A DNA stretch of 64,000 nt, from NCBI RefSeq assembly GCF_036321535.1, contig NC_087472.1, positions 97,528,001 through 97,592,000 of the forward strand, written 5' to 3'. Every line of letters begins with the position of its first letter. Within the stretch, counting starts at the first letter, position 1. Below, one piece after another: positions 14,010 through 25,879 of the stretch. The position numbers and the translations under genes were made by a program. The stretch is from Camelus dromedarius. Taxonomy: Eukaryota. The notes under the pieces were generated by a model that did no database searches, was not told where the DNA came from, and saw only the letters and a program-made list of their open reading frames with translations.

Positions 14010-15400
14010 AAAGAGCATTAAAGCAGAAGTCAAGACACTTGGGTTTGTTGACCAAGCTCTGCAGGGGACTAAGCTGTCTGGGCCTGCCATTTAACTTCCC
14101 TAGAACTGTTTCCTTATCTGTCGCCTAAGGCAGCCAGATAATTGGCAAGGACCTTCCAACTTTTAACACTTTCAGTAAGTCATAAAATTACAAAAGGACT
14201 GGAATACCAAGTGTAGATAATTAAGTGAGAGGAGGCATCTTCAGATCAGATTTCTCCTGCATGTATTATCTCTTCTTTCCCCTTGCCACCAGTGCCTACC
14301 TTCTCTAGATGGTAGTCTCCAACACATTTTCCCCTTTCTCATCTCCTACTAGATCCTATCTACTCAAAATCTTAACCCTATCCCAGATTCTCTCTCAAAA
14401 CCTTCTGATTGCCAAATCTGTGCCATTGCTTTTTGATAATACAGCAGTCCTTAATCAGTAGTGACTGTTTCCTCTTGCTTACAATGGAAGGAAAGAATAG
14501 GGATTTGAAGTCTCACAGAACTAACTTAGAATCCTAATTTTATCATTTCTTTTTTGTATGTCCTTGAGCAAGTTAGATTTCCTCCTTGACCTTAGTTTGT
14601 ACATCTAAAAAATAGAAGTAACACACCACATGAATCTAATGAATTTTGTTAGAATTGACTGCTAACACATAAATAAAGTGTCTGGCACTTGATGCTCAGA
14701 AAATGAGACAATCCTCTCATTCTTCTCTTGGTTTCTGAGCTGCACATGTTTGGTTATACCTCTGTTTGCTTCATCATTGAAGCAGTCATTGCTCTGGTTG
14801 ACTAATGTACCTCATCTCTTAGCTGAAATGCGGATGTTCTGTGGGTACTGTTAGTGATCTTCCACTTGAAAATGTCTCTCCCAGAGTTTACATCCATTCT
14901 TACAGTCTCCTGTCGCATTCTACACCTCTACAAAACCAGGCCAGATACTCTACCAACCCCACATTTCCAAATACCTAATGGAAGCTCCATTTGGATGTCC
15001 AATCCCACTCTAAATCAGTATATCCCAACCTATGTATTTCATCAGTCTTGTCACGTTCCCCATACTACAGCAATTTCTTCTGTGACTTGACTTTGTCTTA
15101 ATGTTATTACTATTAAACTTTCAATATTATTTGATTCATTCTTTGGCCCCCAATCCATATCCCAATAAGCAGTCTCATACTTTTTGTTGTTTTTGTGGGT
15201 GGAATATATGATAGGAATGATCATAGCATTCATTTGTCTTCAAGCTCTAGACCCAACACTTACTAGCTGTGTAGTTGTATAATTGTATTATCCTTGGGAA
15301 AAATAAATGACTTGAGCATCAATTTTCTCATCTGTGAAAACTGAGTAATAAAAGCTATTTCATGGGCTTCTTGTTGGTGATGTGAATATTCTTTTTGAAA
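14010..15400 (+). mobile_element. Cluster of MIR/MIR3 remnants (about 14010-14170, 14490-14705, 15240-15395)
   Basis: Repeated MIR cores: TTTAACTTCCCTAGAACTGTTTCCTTATCTG; CCTTGAGCAAGTTAG; CAATTTTCTCATCTGTGAAAACTGAGTAATAA. Confidence 0.6.
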
Positions 15401-16533
15401 TAATAAATGGTTATAGATAAATGAATAGGTAGGTGGGTAGGTATATAATTTGCAGTGCTTCTTCCTGCCCCCATCATAGTTCTGATCCAATCAATTTGAT
15501 GTCTCTATTTAACCTTTTGAAGCAGCCTCATACCCAGTCTCCTCGCCTCTACTTCTTTCTTTATCAATTATCTAAAATAACATTAACTTTCCCAACTTAA
15601 TACAGTATTTTTGATAGTTCCTCATTGCCCATGAAATGAATTCTAAACCTATTCTCCTAGTTGACTTTAGGGAAAACCGGTAAGGGAAGGAAAGTAATAT
15701 TTATTAAACATATGTTCTATCTGAGGCATCATGTAGGGTAGGCTTGGAGCCAAGATTCAAACTCCGGCTGCTTAACGCCAAAGCCCATAGATAGCATACT
15801 GCTTTCCAACAAAGTAAAGTTATAAAATATTTATAATATTATTACCCACTACTATCACGAGTTTCATTTGAACCAAACTTAAGAGTTTCTGAGTATTGGG
15901 AATAAAGTAGGTAGCCTTCAAGTGTTCTTCTCTAATATGGTTATTTGCTTGCAGATTACTGAGACAATCTCACAGAAATTTCATGGTTCAGAGAGTAACA
16001 GTATTTCAGCTTGACATGTGGAAGTGTCAATAACCTGAGGAAGCGAGAGGATTTAACTGTCAATCAGAAAACTAATTGTAGTGGACAATATTAGGTGACC
16101 TTCGCCTGTCTTTGTAAAATCAGTGACGCTTACCCCAAAATCTGTGTAATAAGTCTCTAAATAATTACTTTTCAATTTGAAATAGTACACAAACATTATT
16201 AAATTAAAATGAACGTTAAATTATGGGGTTGTTTGAATTGCCGTTGTAGACTCTTCGGCAGTGTTGTTCTGGTCCTGCTGATTACTGGTTCTAGGCAGAG
16301 GCTTCTGTGAAGTCTGAAAACTGAAGCAAGCCACCAAATTGTATATATTATTGTATTTGGTATTGAGCAGCTGCAAGAACAAAATTATATAAATGAAATG
16401 TGTATCCCAGCTTTTGTCCCCTAGGAAGGTGGCAAACAGAGCTACTCCATGATCAAGTATCTATCAATTTGTGTTAATAGTATATTAGGTCCAAAATCTG
16501 TCAGATGTAAGGGAAAAGCTGAGAATGGCTTAC

Positions 16534-16596
16534 CTGCAGGGTATGACCTGGTACCAAGTGGTCTCAGAAAAAGTGACACTTGAAGGTGCATGGCCA
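16534..16596 (-). other. Candidate 63-nt internal exon (unverified)
   Basis: Minus strand: pyrimidine tract and CCTAAC branch-like site, then TTCATAG acceptor, 63 nt, and CAG/GTAAGC donor. Lies in repeat-poor sequence. No recognisable peptide. Confidence 0.25.
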
Positions 16597-18116
16597 CTAT
16601 GAATGATGTTAGGAAAATGAGAGGGGAACCTGATTCTGTACATGAAGACATTTTAATTTTCTCAAGATTCATTATGAAGTTACTTGACCACTGCTGTTTC
16701 AAAACTAAAAATTGTGAAATTTGTATTTATACATTATTTAAGGAACCACCCTTCTGTAAAACTTCAACATACACAGACACATAAATTCCACACTCATGGG
16801 GATATTGGTAGATTGTAGTGGGGGAATTGGAGTTCATTTAATTTCTTGAGAATCTAGTTCTTGTGAAACTATCTTGTTTCCAGACAGACCTGGAAAGATC
16901 TAGAAAGTCCTTGTGAATCAAACAATTCTCATTCCATTTCATTGTACATAAAATAAACATTTCAGTTTATCATTTTTTTCTCTATAAAAGTGAGATAATA
17001 GTTTGTAGAATGAGAGTGACTCTATCATCCAGTGTGATCATTTTACATGTAAGGAAACTGAGGGAGGTTTTATATGTAAGGATAATTGGCTGATAGGGTC
17101 ATGTTGCTATTTAACAGTAGAACCAGACCCAGGATAGACTTTAAATTCACAGTCCATGTGCTCTTACAATGGTATTACTTTGCCTCTCCAGACAAGTTCC
17201 TTGCTTAGAGTCATAGCATTTTAAGAGTAGTAGACAGACCTACATCACACTTTTGAGTGATATCAAAGTGGTATGTACTTGTTGATTCAATTGGTAGTAG
17301 TCAAAATGTAACTGGGATTAAAAATAAGCTTATACAATGTTCATGTCCATCATTTTAGTGCACGTGTAGTGTACATTTCCTAGCTGAGAAACCCAGGATA
17401 TAAGATCTATCTTTTCTTTTTAGAGAGTTCTTAGGCAAAAAAAATTCACCATAATCTACATTTTTAAAGCCTGGTATGGAGTACCTTTGCTACCACCTCT
17501 GTGTCTCTGCTGAATTCAGGTTCTTCATTTACTCTCTGGAGTCACTGATCTCAAGCCTCCTCTCTCTGGAGAGGGAAAGCCTTGGTTGAAGGTTGAATGA
17601 ATGAGCTCAGATTCAGGGTTTTAAGCCCTAGCCTTGGTCTCTGCAACCTGTGGTGTCCTCTACCATGGAGTGGTGCTCATGGAGGCATAACTTGAAATGG
17701 AGGACCCTGCAGTTTCAAGGGGAGGAAGAAGACTTCCTGTTCAATTTCTAATCTGCACTAGAGAGTAGAACCTCTTCTCTATGTCTCCCAACTCCTTTGT
17801 CATTCTTCCTATACTCTTTTTGTCTTTCTTGCTCTCAGTGTTTCTCTGTGTCTCCCTTTACATCCCTCTCTTCCTGAATGTCTCTCTTCGGGATGGGAAT
17901 GGTAATTCTCTCATTTCCTGAGTTATTCCAAGGTCCTATCACCTGATCCCTGCCTGGCCATAAAAACCCCAAGGAGTAGAAGTTCCTGAGAAAGGCAAAA
18001 TTTCCTAGGATTTCCACATTATCAGTTCTTTTTTTTTAAATTTCTTGGTTGAATCTACCTAGAATTTAGCTAAGCATGTAAAAGGCTGTCTGCAGTGGTA
18101 TATGCAGTGTCTAGGG

Positions 18117-18577
18117 CTGTGCTGTCTAGTACAGTAGCTACCAGTTACTTTTGGCTACTAAGCATGTGAAATGCGGCTGATGCCATGTGTTGAAATAAAA
18201 GTTTGGATATATTGAGTTAAAAATATTATTCAATAACTAATAATGTATATTATTAAAATAATTTCACCTATTTTTTACTTTTTGAATGTGGCTACTAGAA
18301 AAGATAAAAATATATATGTGGTTCATATTATTTTTATTTTTATTATTTTAAAAATACATTGTTATCAACTATAGTCATGTTTTACCTTGGATCCTTATAC
18401 CTTATTCATCTTATAGCTGAAAGTTCATAGCCTTTTACCAGCCTCTCCCTATTTCCCCCTCCCACTAGCCCATGGAAACCACTTTTCCACTGTTTCTCTG
18501 AGTTTGACTTTTTATATAGATTTCATGTATAAGTGATACCAATATTTGTATTTCTTATATTTAGATTAGACAGTGCT
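18117..18577 (-). mobile_element. MER33-like hAT-Charlie element interrupted by an L1 3' UTR fragment (about 18350-18553, -)
   Basis: CTGTGCTGTCTAGTACAGTAGCTAC...GAATGTGGCTACTAGAAAA, with the far terminus TTAGACAGTGCT after the L1 piece (CTTATTCATCTTATAGCTGAAAGTT...AAGTGATACC). Confidence 0.75.
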
Positions 18578-18824
18578 AATCCACTTCTTACTGTAGGCTC
18601 ATAAATTTGCAAGGCTATTTGTGGTTACTTATATAAAATATAGCTACTATGAAGCTGGGAATTTTTTCAAAATATTTATTATGCTCTGTTTTCTGAATTG
18701 AATCTCAATCCTTTCTTCAGCTGTGTCTAATCCTCTGTTTAATCCTTGCATTGAATTTTTTTTAAATCTCAGTGACTATATTTGTTTGCAGATATTCTAT
18801 AGTATTTTGTTCTTGGTTTACAAG

Positions 18825-18907
18825 TCTGTGCTCAGATATTACCTTATTAGTGAGACCTTCATTGATCACTTGATAAGAAAAAAAGTAATACCTCTACAAC
18901 CAGTACA

Positions 18908-18952
<45 letters not shown>

Positions 18953-18973
18953 TCCTTCTTATCTGTGCTGCCT

Positions 18974-19004
<31 letters not shown>

Positions 19005-19235
19005 TCCTTCTTATCTGTGCTGCCCTGCTTTTTTATTTTTTCCTGCAGCACATGTCACTGTCTAGCATAATGCTTTCTTGTTAATTACCTGTTTCTCCAT
19101 GCCCCTTCCTCCTCTTCCATACACATTAGTACTTACGCCACATGAATACAGGGACTTTGTCTATTCAATGCACCACAGTTTTCTTAGTGTCTGGTACATA
19201 GTAGGTGTTCAGTGATTCAGAGTTGACTGAATGAG
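18825..19235 (+). mobile_element. L2a-like 3' end containing a (CA)n duplication
   Basis: CTCAGATATTACCTTATTAGTGAGACCTTC...CAGGGACTTTGTCT...GTGTCTGGTACATAGTAGGTGTTCAGT...TGAATGA. Confidence 0.75.
18908..19024. repeat. Tandem duplication of a (CA)n tract plus GAGTCCTTCTTATCTGTGCTGCC
   Basis: The 23-mer occurs identically at 18950-18972 and 19002-19024, each preceded by a (CA)n tract of different length. Confidence 0.95.
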
Positions 19236-19279
19236 TCACATCACTCATTTTATACATACTTATTTCATGACCTGCATGT

Positions 19280-19720
19280 ACTAACCAATATGTTAGCCAC
19301 TAACCACATGTGGCTGTGGAGCACTTGAAATGTGGCTAACCCGAATTAAGATGTGCTGCAATGTGAAATCTACACTGGATTTCAAAGACTAGTATTTTAA
19401 AAGGATGTTAATTAAAGTTAACTAAAATAAAAGTGAAATAATATTAAACTATTGTTTAAAAACAAACACTTGTTTCTTTTACTTTTTTATTGAAGTATGG
19501 TCGATTTACAATGTTGTATTACTTTCTGGTATACCGCATTAGTAGCCAAGACATGGAAGCAACCTAAATGTCCATTGATAGATGATTGGATAAAGAAATT
19601 GAGGTGTATATATATACAATGGAATACTGCTCAGTCTTTTACTTTTTTAATGTGAGATTTTAATTACATTTAAAATTATAAAGGTGATTCACACTTGTGG
19701 TTTTTATTACGTTTGTAATA
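19280..19720 (-). mobile_element. MER33 (hAT-Charlie), host of a small L1 insertion
   Basis: TAGCCACTAACCACATGTGGCTGTGGAGCACTTGAAATGTGGCTAACCCGAATTAAGATGTGCTG...CACTGGATTTCAAAGACT. Confidence 0.88.
19490..19634 (-). mobile_element. Very short 5'-inverted L1 insertion with 15-bp TSD
   Basis: TSD TCTTTTACTTTTTTA at 19475-19489 and 19635-19649. Antisense L1 3' terminus at 19490-19542 abuts sense ORF2 C-terminal sequence TAGCCAAGACATGGAAGCAACCTAAATGTCC...GGAATACTGCTCAG at 19543-19634. Confidence 0.9.
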
Positions 19721-20509
19721 GATCGGGTGATTATAGACTCATAGCAGAAAAGTTTATAGGCTTTTTCCCAAATTACTGGAATGTTAATCCTCTTGTTTGT
19801 AATATCGCTGGTCTTGCTATGTTTGTTGATTTCATCTGTATTTTTTACTTTTTGTTGTTAGTCTGTCTTAAGGGGAGCTTGTTTTTGTAGGAGGAATTCC
19901 TTGTGGCCTAGGTTATTTCTCCAGAAAATCTGTTTGTTTCTGTTAGGCTTTCTAGGCTGTCCAGGGTGTCAAAAGCTCAGTACAAATGTTTATGTTAATT
20001 TATTGGATTGCGGGATCCTAGACTGTAAGTTTAGGGTTAGTAGACTCTACTTTTGTGGGGGTCTGTCACAGGATTTAATTTTCCTCTGAATATATATTAT
20101 CATTACACTGCATAGGTGCGTGGAACATTTTTATTTATCCTTCCCTAGGATTACAGTCTTTAGACTGTCTCAGTCTTCTGAGTTCCAGTGTCCTGCTGTA
20201 AGTGAGCAAAGCTCTTATCACTTGTGCCTTTTTGTGCCTTATAATCAAGACCTTACTATTATTGGGCTAGTAACATGCCCAGGGCTGCAGCGGAGTCAGC
20301 GTGTAGTCCTGGAATTCTGGCTCTCAAGAGCCTGTCCAATTTTGGTTCCTAGAGAGTTCACATTTTTTTGAAGTCAACTCATGTGTATATTAAAAGGCAT
20401 TAGGTTTCTCTAACAATCACTAGGTTTTATAGGGAGAGAGTTTTTGCACCAGCCAAGTAAATCATTTTTTCTGGAAATCTATCTTAATTTCTTTAGCATT
20501 TTTCTGTCA

Positions 20510-23500
20510 GTAAATATTAGATTGTTTTCAGTTATGCCTTATATTAAAATGCTGCAATGAACATCCTTACCTGTGCATTTTTCCACGTACGTCTGTCTCT
20601 TATGGAGAATTTTTCTCTTTATCTTTTATTGATAAACTCCTGGAAGTAAAATTGTTGAGAAAAAAGATATGAACACAAGACAGTGTCTTACAGAAAAATG
20701 AATAGGCACACAGATCAATGGAACAGAATAGAGTCCAGAAATTGACCCACAAAAGTACATCCAACTGATTTTTTTTGTCATTGACAAAAAAGCAATTTAG
20801 TAGAGGAAGGATGATCTTTTCAATAAATCATGCTGAGACAATTTGTCAGTAAATAAATCTGAATCTAAACTTTGTACCTTGCACCAAAGCTAACTCAAAA
20901 TGGATCATAGATCTAAATGTATACTGTAAATCTATTAAATTTTTATAGGAAAACACAGGAGGAAATCTTTATGATTTGGGTTAGGTAGAATTCTTAGACA
21001 TAACACCAGAAGTACAACCCATAAGAGAAAAAATAACAAATTGGTCTTTAACAAAAGTTTTAAACTTTTGTTCTGTGAGAGAATCTATTAAGAGGATGAG
21101 AAGACAAGCCACTGACTCTAAGAAATATACCAGTCACATATCCAACAGGACTTGTATCCAGAAAATTCAGTAGTAAGATATCCCCATTATAAAGAAGGCC
21201 AAAGAGTGGACCAGACACAAAACCAAATAGGATATACAGAGGGTAAATAGGCACATAAAAGTATGTTCAACATCATTAGCCATTAGAAACATGCAAATTA
21301 AAGCCACAATACCAGTATGCATCTATTAGAATGACTGAAACAGAAAATAGTGGTTAACACCAAATGCTGTGAGGATGTGAGCAAACTGGATCTGTCATGC
21401 ATTCCTGGTGGAAATGTAAAATGCTACAAACCTCTGAAAACAGTTTGGTAGTTTTTTAATAAAGTTATACCATATACTTGCCATAGGACTCAGCAGTCAC
21501 AATTCTGGATGTTTATCCCACTGAATTGAAGACATATATCTGCACAAAAATTCATACACGAATGTTCATAGCAGCTTTATTTGTAATAGCCCCAAACTGG
21601 GAACAACTTAAATGCCCTTTGATGGGTGAATGGGTAAACAAACTTGTTCATCCATGTAATGGGAATACTGCTCAGCCATGGAGAGAAACCAATTATTGAT
21701 GCCCACAGAAACTTGGATGGATCTTCAGGGCATTAGGCCGAGCGAGGGAAAAAAAACCAATCTCATAAGATTACATACTCCATGATTCCATTTATATAAC
21801 ATTCTCAAAATGACAAAATTATGGTGATGAAAAATGTATTAGTGATTGTCAAGGCTTAGAGTTGGAGGAGATAAAACTATAAATGGATATGATGACAGAG
21901 TTTTTTGTGGTGATAGAATACATCTGTGTCCTGAATGTAGTGGCTGTTACATGAATCTATACATGTGAACAAATTTCACATTACTACACACCAAAACCAC
22001 AGATGAGTTCATGTAAAAACGAAAGAAATTGAAATAATGCCTGTAGTTTAGTTAGTAGTATTGTACCAATGTCATTGTCTGGGTCTTGGTATTTTACTAT
22101 GACTATGTAAGATGTTATCACTGGGGAAAGGCAGGTGAAGCCATCATAGGAATGCTCTACCATATTTGCTGCTTCTTGTGAGTCTTAAATTATTTCAAGG
22201 TAAGAAGTTTTTTAAAAAGCTATGAACATTCCTAAATTATTGATACACATTGTCAAATTAGCCTTCAAGAAGATCATGTTGATTTTCTCCCATTTTAATA
22301 GTATCCCCAATGGGTCTCTATCCATTTAGCCTACTTAAATTCTTCACATACTTACCACTATCTGAAATCATGCCGTTACTCTTTCATTTGATTACTGTCT
22401 ATTTCTTTTCATGAGGGTAAGTGTATTGTCTCATTCACCTTTCTGTTCTTAGTAACCCACAAAAGTACCTGGCATAAGATTGGTCATAAATAAATATATT
22501 TTGAATGAATGAGTGAATGTAGGTAAAATACCTTAATTTATTTCAATATTAGTGAATTGAAATAATTTTATGTTAATTTATTGGCCAATGTAGTTTTTCT
22601 TTTTGTTCATCGCCCACTAATGTTATTTGCCCCCTTTTTTCTGCTTATGGGTATTTCTCTTCTTTATTTTAGAAATTACTTATATATAAAACATGTCATC
22701 CTTTGTCGTTTTTTAAATATTTCCCTAGCATCCATTTGTTTCTTATTTCTGCTTTTTTTTCTTATAACTTAAAAACGAATATTGTGAAGTTAAATTTACT
22801 CTTTTAAAAACGGTTTCTCTCTTTTTATGCTGAGAAAGATTCCCTTGGACCTGGGATAATGCCCTATTTTTATAGAAAACATAAGGTTCTGTTTAAAAAC
22901 ACAAATCACTCGTTCACCTATAATTTATTTTGGGGTTAAGCAGAGATTAGCTTACTTTTCTCCAGTACTGCTCCTTCAGCATCATTTATTACACTATGTT
23001 TTATTTCTTTTTTAGTTTAGTTTATATTAATATCATAAATTATGAAATATATATTTCCCATAGAATTTTTACCCTTTTTGTTTGGTTGGTTTATTCCCAT
23101 AATAGTATTACAGAGTTTTAACTACCAGAACTTTTGAACACATTATGATATCTGATTAGGCAAGTACTACTTTAAAAATGTTTGTTGCTTATTCTTACTT
23201 CTTTATTGGTCTCAGTGAACATCTTGTAAAGTTTCAGTTAGAAATCCCTGGCTTCTTAAATTTGATTTAGAGAATACTTTGGAGAGGGTTGACAACTTTA
23301 AAATATTTAGTCTTTCTTACCAACAACCTAGTGTGTCTCTCTTCAATTTATTTAAGTGTTCTTTATGATCTTTAGTCAAGTTTTATAGTTTTCTGCCTAT
23401 GGATCGTATGCATTTTTTATCTAGTTTACTCCTAGGTACTTTATATTTTATTGTTAAGTCTGAAGACAGTATATTTTACATTATACCTTCTAACTGGATT

Positions 23501-24240
23501 TTTCTGCCACGTTTGCAGTTTGTTTGTATATTTATTGTGTAACTCACTCCCTCATCAGTATTTTAATAATTCAAATATTTTTCCATCTATTTTTATTGTT
23601 GTAGTTATTGTAAGACAAGTAATATCATTTTCAGTCAATGGTACTGTTGCCTCTTCTTTTTCTATATTTATAACCTATTTATTTCTCTGGTCTTATAACT
23701 TGAGTAATGTTAAATAAAGGTGATGAGAATCATTGTATTTCTCACATTCCGGACTCTGGTGGGAAGACACATATTGCTTTACCATTTAGCATAAGAAGTA
23801 TATATGATGTACTAATTTATAATAAATACATATAAATAAATATATAAATGTATATAAATGAGAAGTATATAAACCATCATATTTATAAACTGATGATCTA
23901 TTTCTCATTTAATGAGTAGGGATTTTTAAATTTTCAAAACATGAGTGTAACTTTCATCTCACCAATTGCCATTTAAGCCTTCTATTCAATAATCATTTTT
24001 ATTCCATGACATAATGATATGATCCATAGCCTTTCTAATACTGAAACATTACATTATTATAAGAAAGTATATGATATGCAGTGGTGTTTTTTCAACATGT
24101 TGCTGGATTCAATTTACAAATACCTTCTTAGGATTTCTTCAGCTATATTAAATAGGCTATTAATTATTTTGTTCATGTTTGTCGGGTGTTCTATTAAGCT
24201 AATTTTTTTGCCTACAAGAGTTGGTAAAACTTCCCCCTGA
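20510..24240 (-). mobile_element. Highly degenerate old L1ME-like element (about 20510-20660 and 22230-24240), interrupted by a plus-strand L1 and an L2 3' end (about 22320-22515)
   Basis: AATGCTGCAATGAACATCCTT...CCTGGAAGTAAAATTGTTG resumes as TTGATACACATTGTCAAATTAGCCTTC. Antisense ORF2 motifs follow, e.g. TTTACTCCTAGGTACTTTAT and GCTTTACCATTTAGCATAAG. Confidence 0.6.
20676..22213 (+). mobile_element. 5'-truncated L1MD/ME1-like LINE (ORF2 3' part plus 3' UTR) with 15-bp TSD
   Basis: CAGATCAATGGAACAGAATAGAG...GTTCATAGCAGCTTTATTTGTAATAGCCCCAAACTGG...GTGAGTCTTAAATTATTTCAA. TSD AAAAAG(A/C)TATGAACA at 20661-20675 and 22214-22228. Confidence 0.92.
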
Positions 24241-24329
24241 CCTCCCTTTAGCCGCTCGTCATCTTGCAAATTTAAGACTCTTCCCACTACCTTACTTGCT
24301 TTCCTCCAAATGCTAAATTGCCTGCTCTT

Positions 24330-24795
24330 TATACTCCAGTGACAGTGTTTGGAATTGCAGGGATGATAATGACAATCTGACCTAGAACAGGACCATTGCT
24401 TACTGGCTTCTAGATTATATATCGCTACTGACCAAGTTGAAGATAATACCAGCTTTTCCTGGTAGCCACATAATGGTCGTGGCTCTTGTTAGTCTTATAA
24501 TCATGTAAAGCCCTGATTCTTTCTTACAAACTTCTGCTTAGCCAGTTGAAAACCTGTCCAGGTGGTTTATTGAATCTGCTGACAGTGTCTCACACCATTT
24601 CCTCTTAAATTTCATCTCATTAGATTCAGATCATTATTTTAGCCTATTTTCATTCTTTTTGAATCCTGACTCTGTCATCCAATGAAGTTACTGTCCTTAG
24701 TCTCATGCCATTCATAAATGGAACATTTACTTGCTACCCCTTCCTCTTTACCACTGATGAAACTGTAGTTTTAGATAAGCATGAAGACAGAGTCT
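24330..24795 (-). mobile_element. L3/CR1 LINE remnant
   Basis: TTAAATTTCATCTCATTAGATTCAGATCATTATTTTAGCCT...TCTTTTTGAATCCTGACTCTGTCATCCAA matches the antisense L3 RT region. Confidence 0.8.
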
Positions 24796-24821
24796 ATAGC
24801 TAGGCGCTAAAATCTCCGTGC

Positions 24822-24825
24822 ATAC

Positions 24826-24867
<42 letters not shown>

Positions 24868-24871
24868 GTAT
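24822..24871. repeat. (AT)19 microsatellite embedded in a 50-bp perfect palindrome
   Basis: ATACAG-(AT)19-CTGTAT read directly. Confidence 0.95.
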
Positions 24872-25177
24872 ATATATATTCATTAATCACTTTGTAAGAT
24901 CATGCAAATAATTATACATTTGAGTTTATTCTTTCATCAAATAATAATTGAACATTGTTCCTCAGCCAGGCACTGTGGTCGATATTGAAGATTCAACAAC
25001 GAATAAAGCTTGTTTCCCCTACTTGAGGACTCAGTAAAGAAACAAGATTAATTCAGTATGGTATTTGTTATGATAGAGAAGTATACTAAACTTTAAAGTC
25101 TCTCAAAAAAAATGTAAGGCAAAAGGGAATGGCTGATAATTATTTTTAAAATCTCATCGATCCATGTATATCTGGTC

Positions 25178-25620
25178 TGTGGTGGGTGCTATCATACACT
25201 ACTGAGATCCCTCAGCTGCTGGGAGGGCTGTCGGTAGGAAGTCCACAGCTGGCATCTCCCTGCAAGATGACTTTGCTGAAGGGAACCACTTTGTCCCAAA
25301 TCCAATGACTGAGGAGAAGATGTAAGGGCCCAACCACCTTAACCAACTGGTAACAATTCTTAAGAGTCATTCATTCTAATTTCAGAATTCCCAGTAATGT
25401 CAGCTGAGGCTTCCCTTGAGACTGCCTTGCACTCCAGTTTCCTTCTCTCACTCTTTCTCTCTCTCTTGACTTCTCTCTCTCTCTCTCTCCACTTTCACCC
25501 CATTTATGCTTTCTTCTCTTTCCTTCCACTGGTGTTGATCCCAAGGGTACTTTCTTATAAACCTCCTGCGTGCTAATCTCTGTCTCAGAGTCTGCTTCCC
25601 AGGGAACCCAACCTGCATCA
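25178..25620 (+). mobile_element. ERVL solo LTR, LTR16C-like
   Basis: TG...CA termini. 3' end CTAATCTCTGTCTCAGAGTCTGCTTCCCAGGGAACCCAACCTGCATCA. Flanks TGGTC/TGGTG fit a 5-bp TSD with one mismatch. Confidence 0.88.
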
Positions 25621-25879
25621 TGGTGATACTAAAGACCAGTTCTGATACACACTTTTCCCCCCAGAGCTACAAAGTTTCTCAAAGCTAGTTGTAAACTAGC
25701 TTCATATTTAAGATTTGTATTATCCTTCTAGCTTCATTAGTTTTTGAGGGTTCAGAACCTGGAAGTAAAATACTCAAACCATTTCAATAATTTCTAAGTA
25801 GTCTTGTTTAGGAAAAATACAATTGAGTCAAATGCCTTTTGAGTTTTGAGTAACATAATAATATACTTAAAGGGGGCAT

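Noticed and set aside
18908..19024. Direct repeats with spacer as a CRISPR-like array
   Set aside because: Only two units, the spacer is a (CA)n microsatellite, and the DNA is mammalian with no cas genes.
25682..25702. Inverted repeat AAGCTAGTT-GTA-AACTAGCTT
   Set aside because: A 9-bp stem is within chance expectation for 64 kb of AT-rich DNA and has no supporting context.
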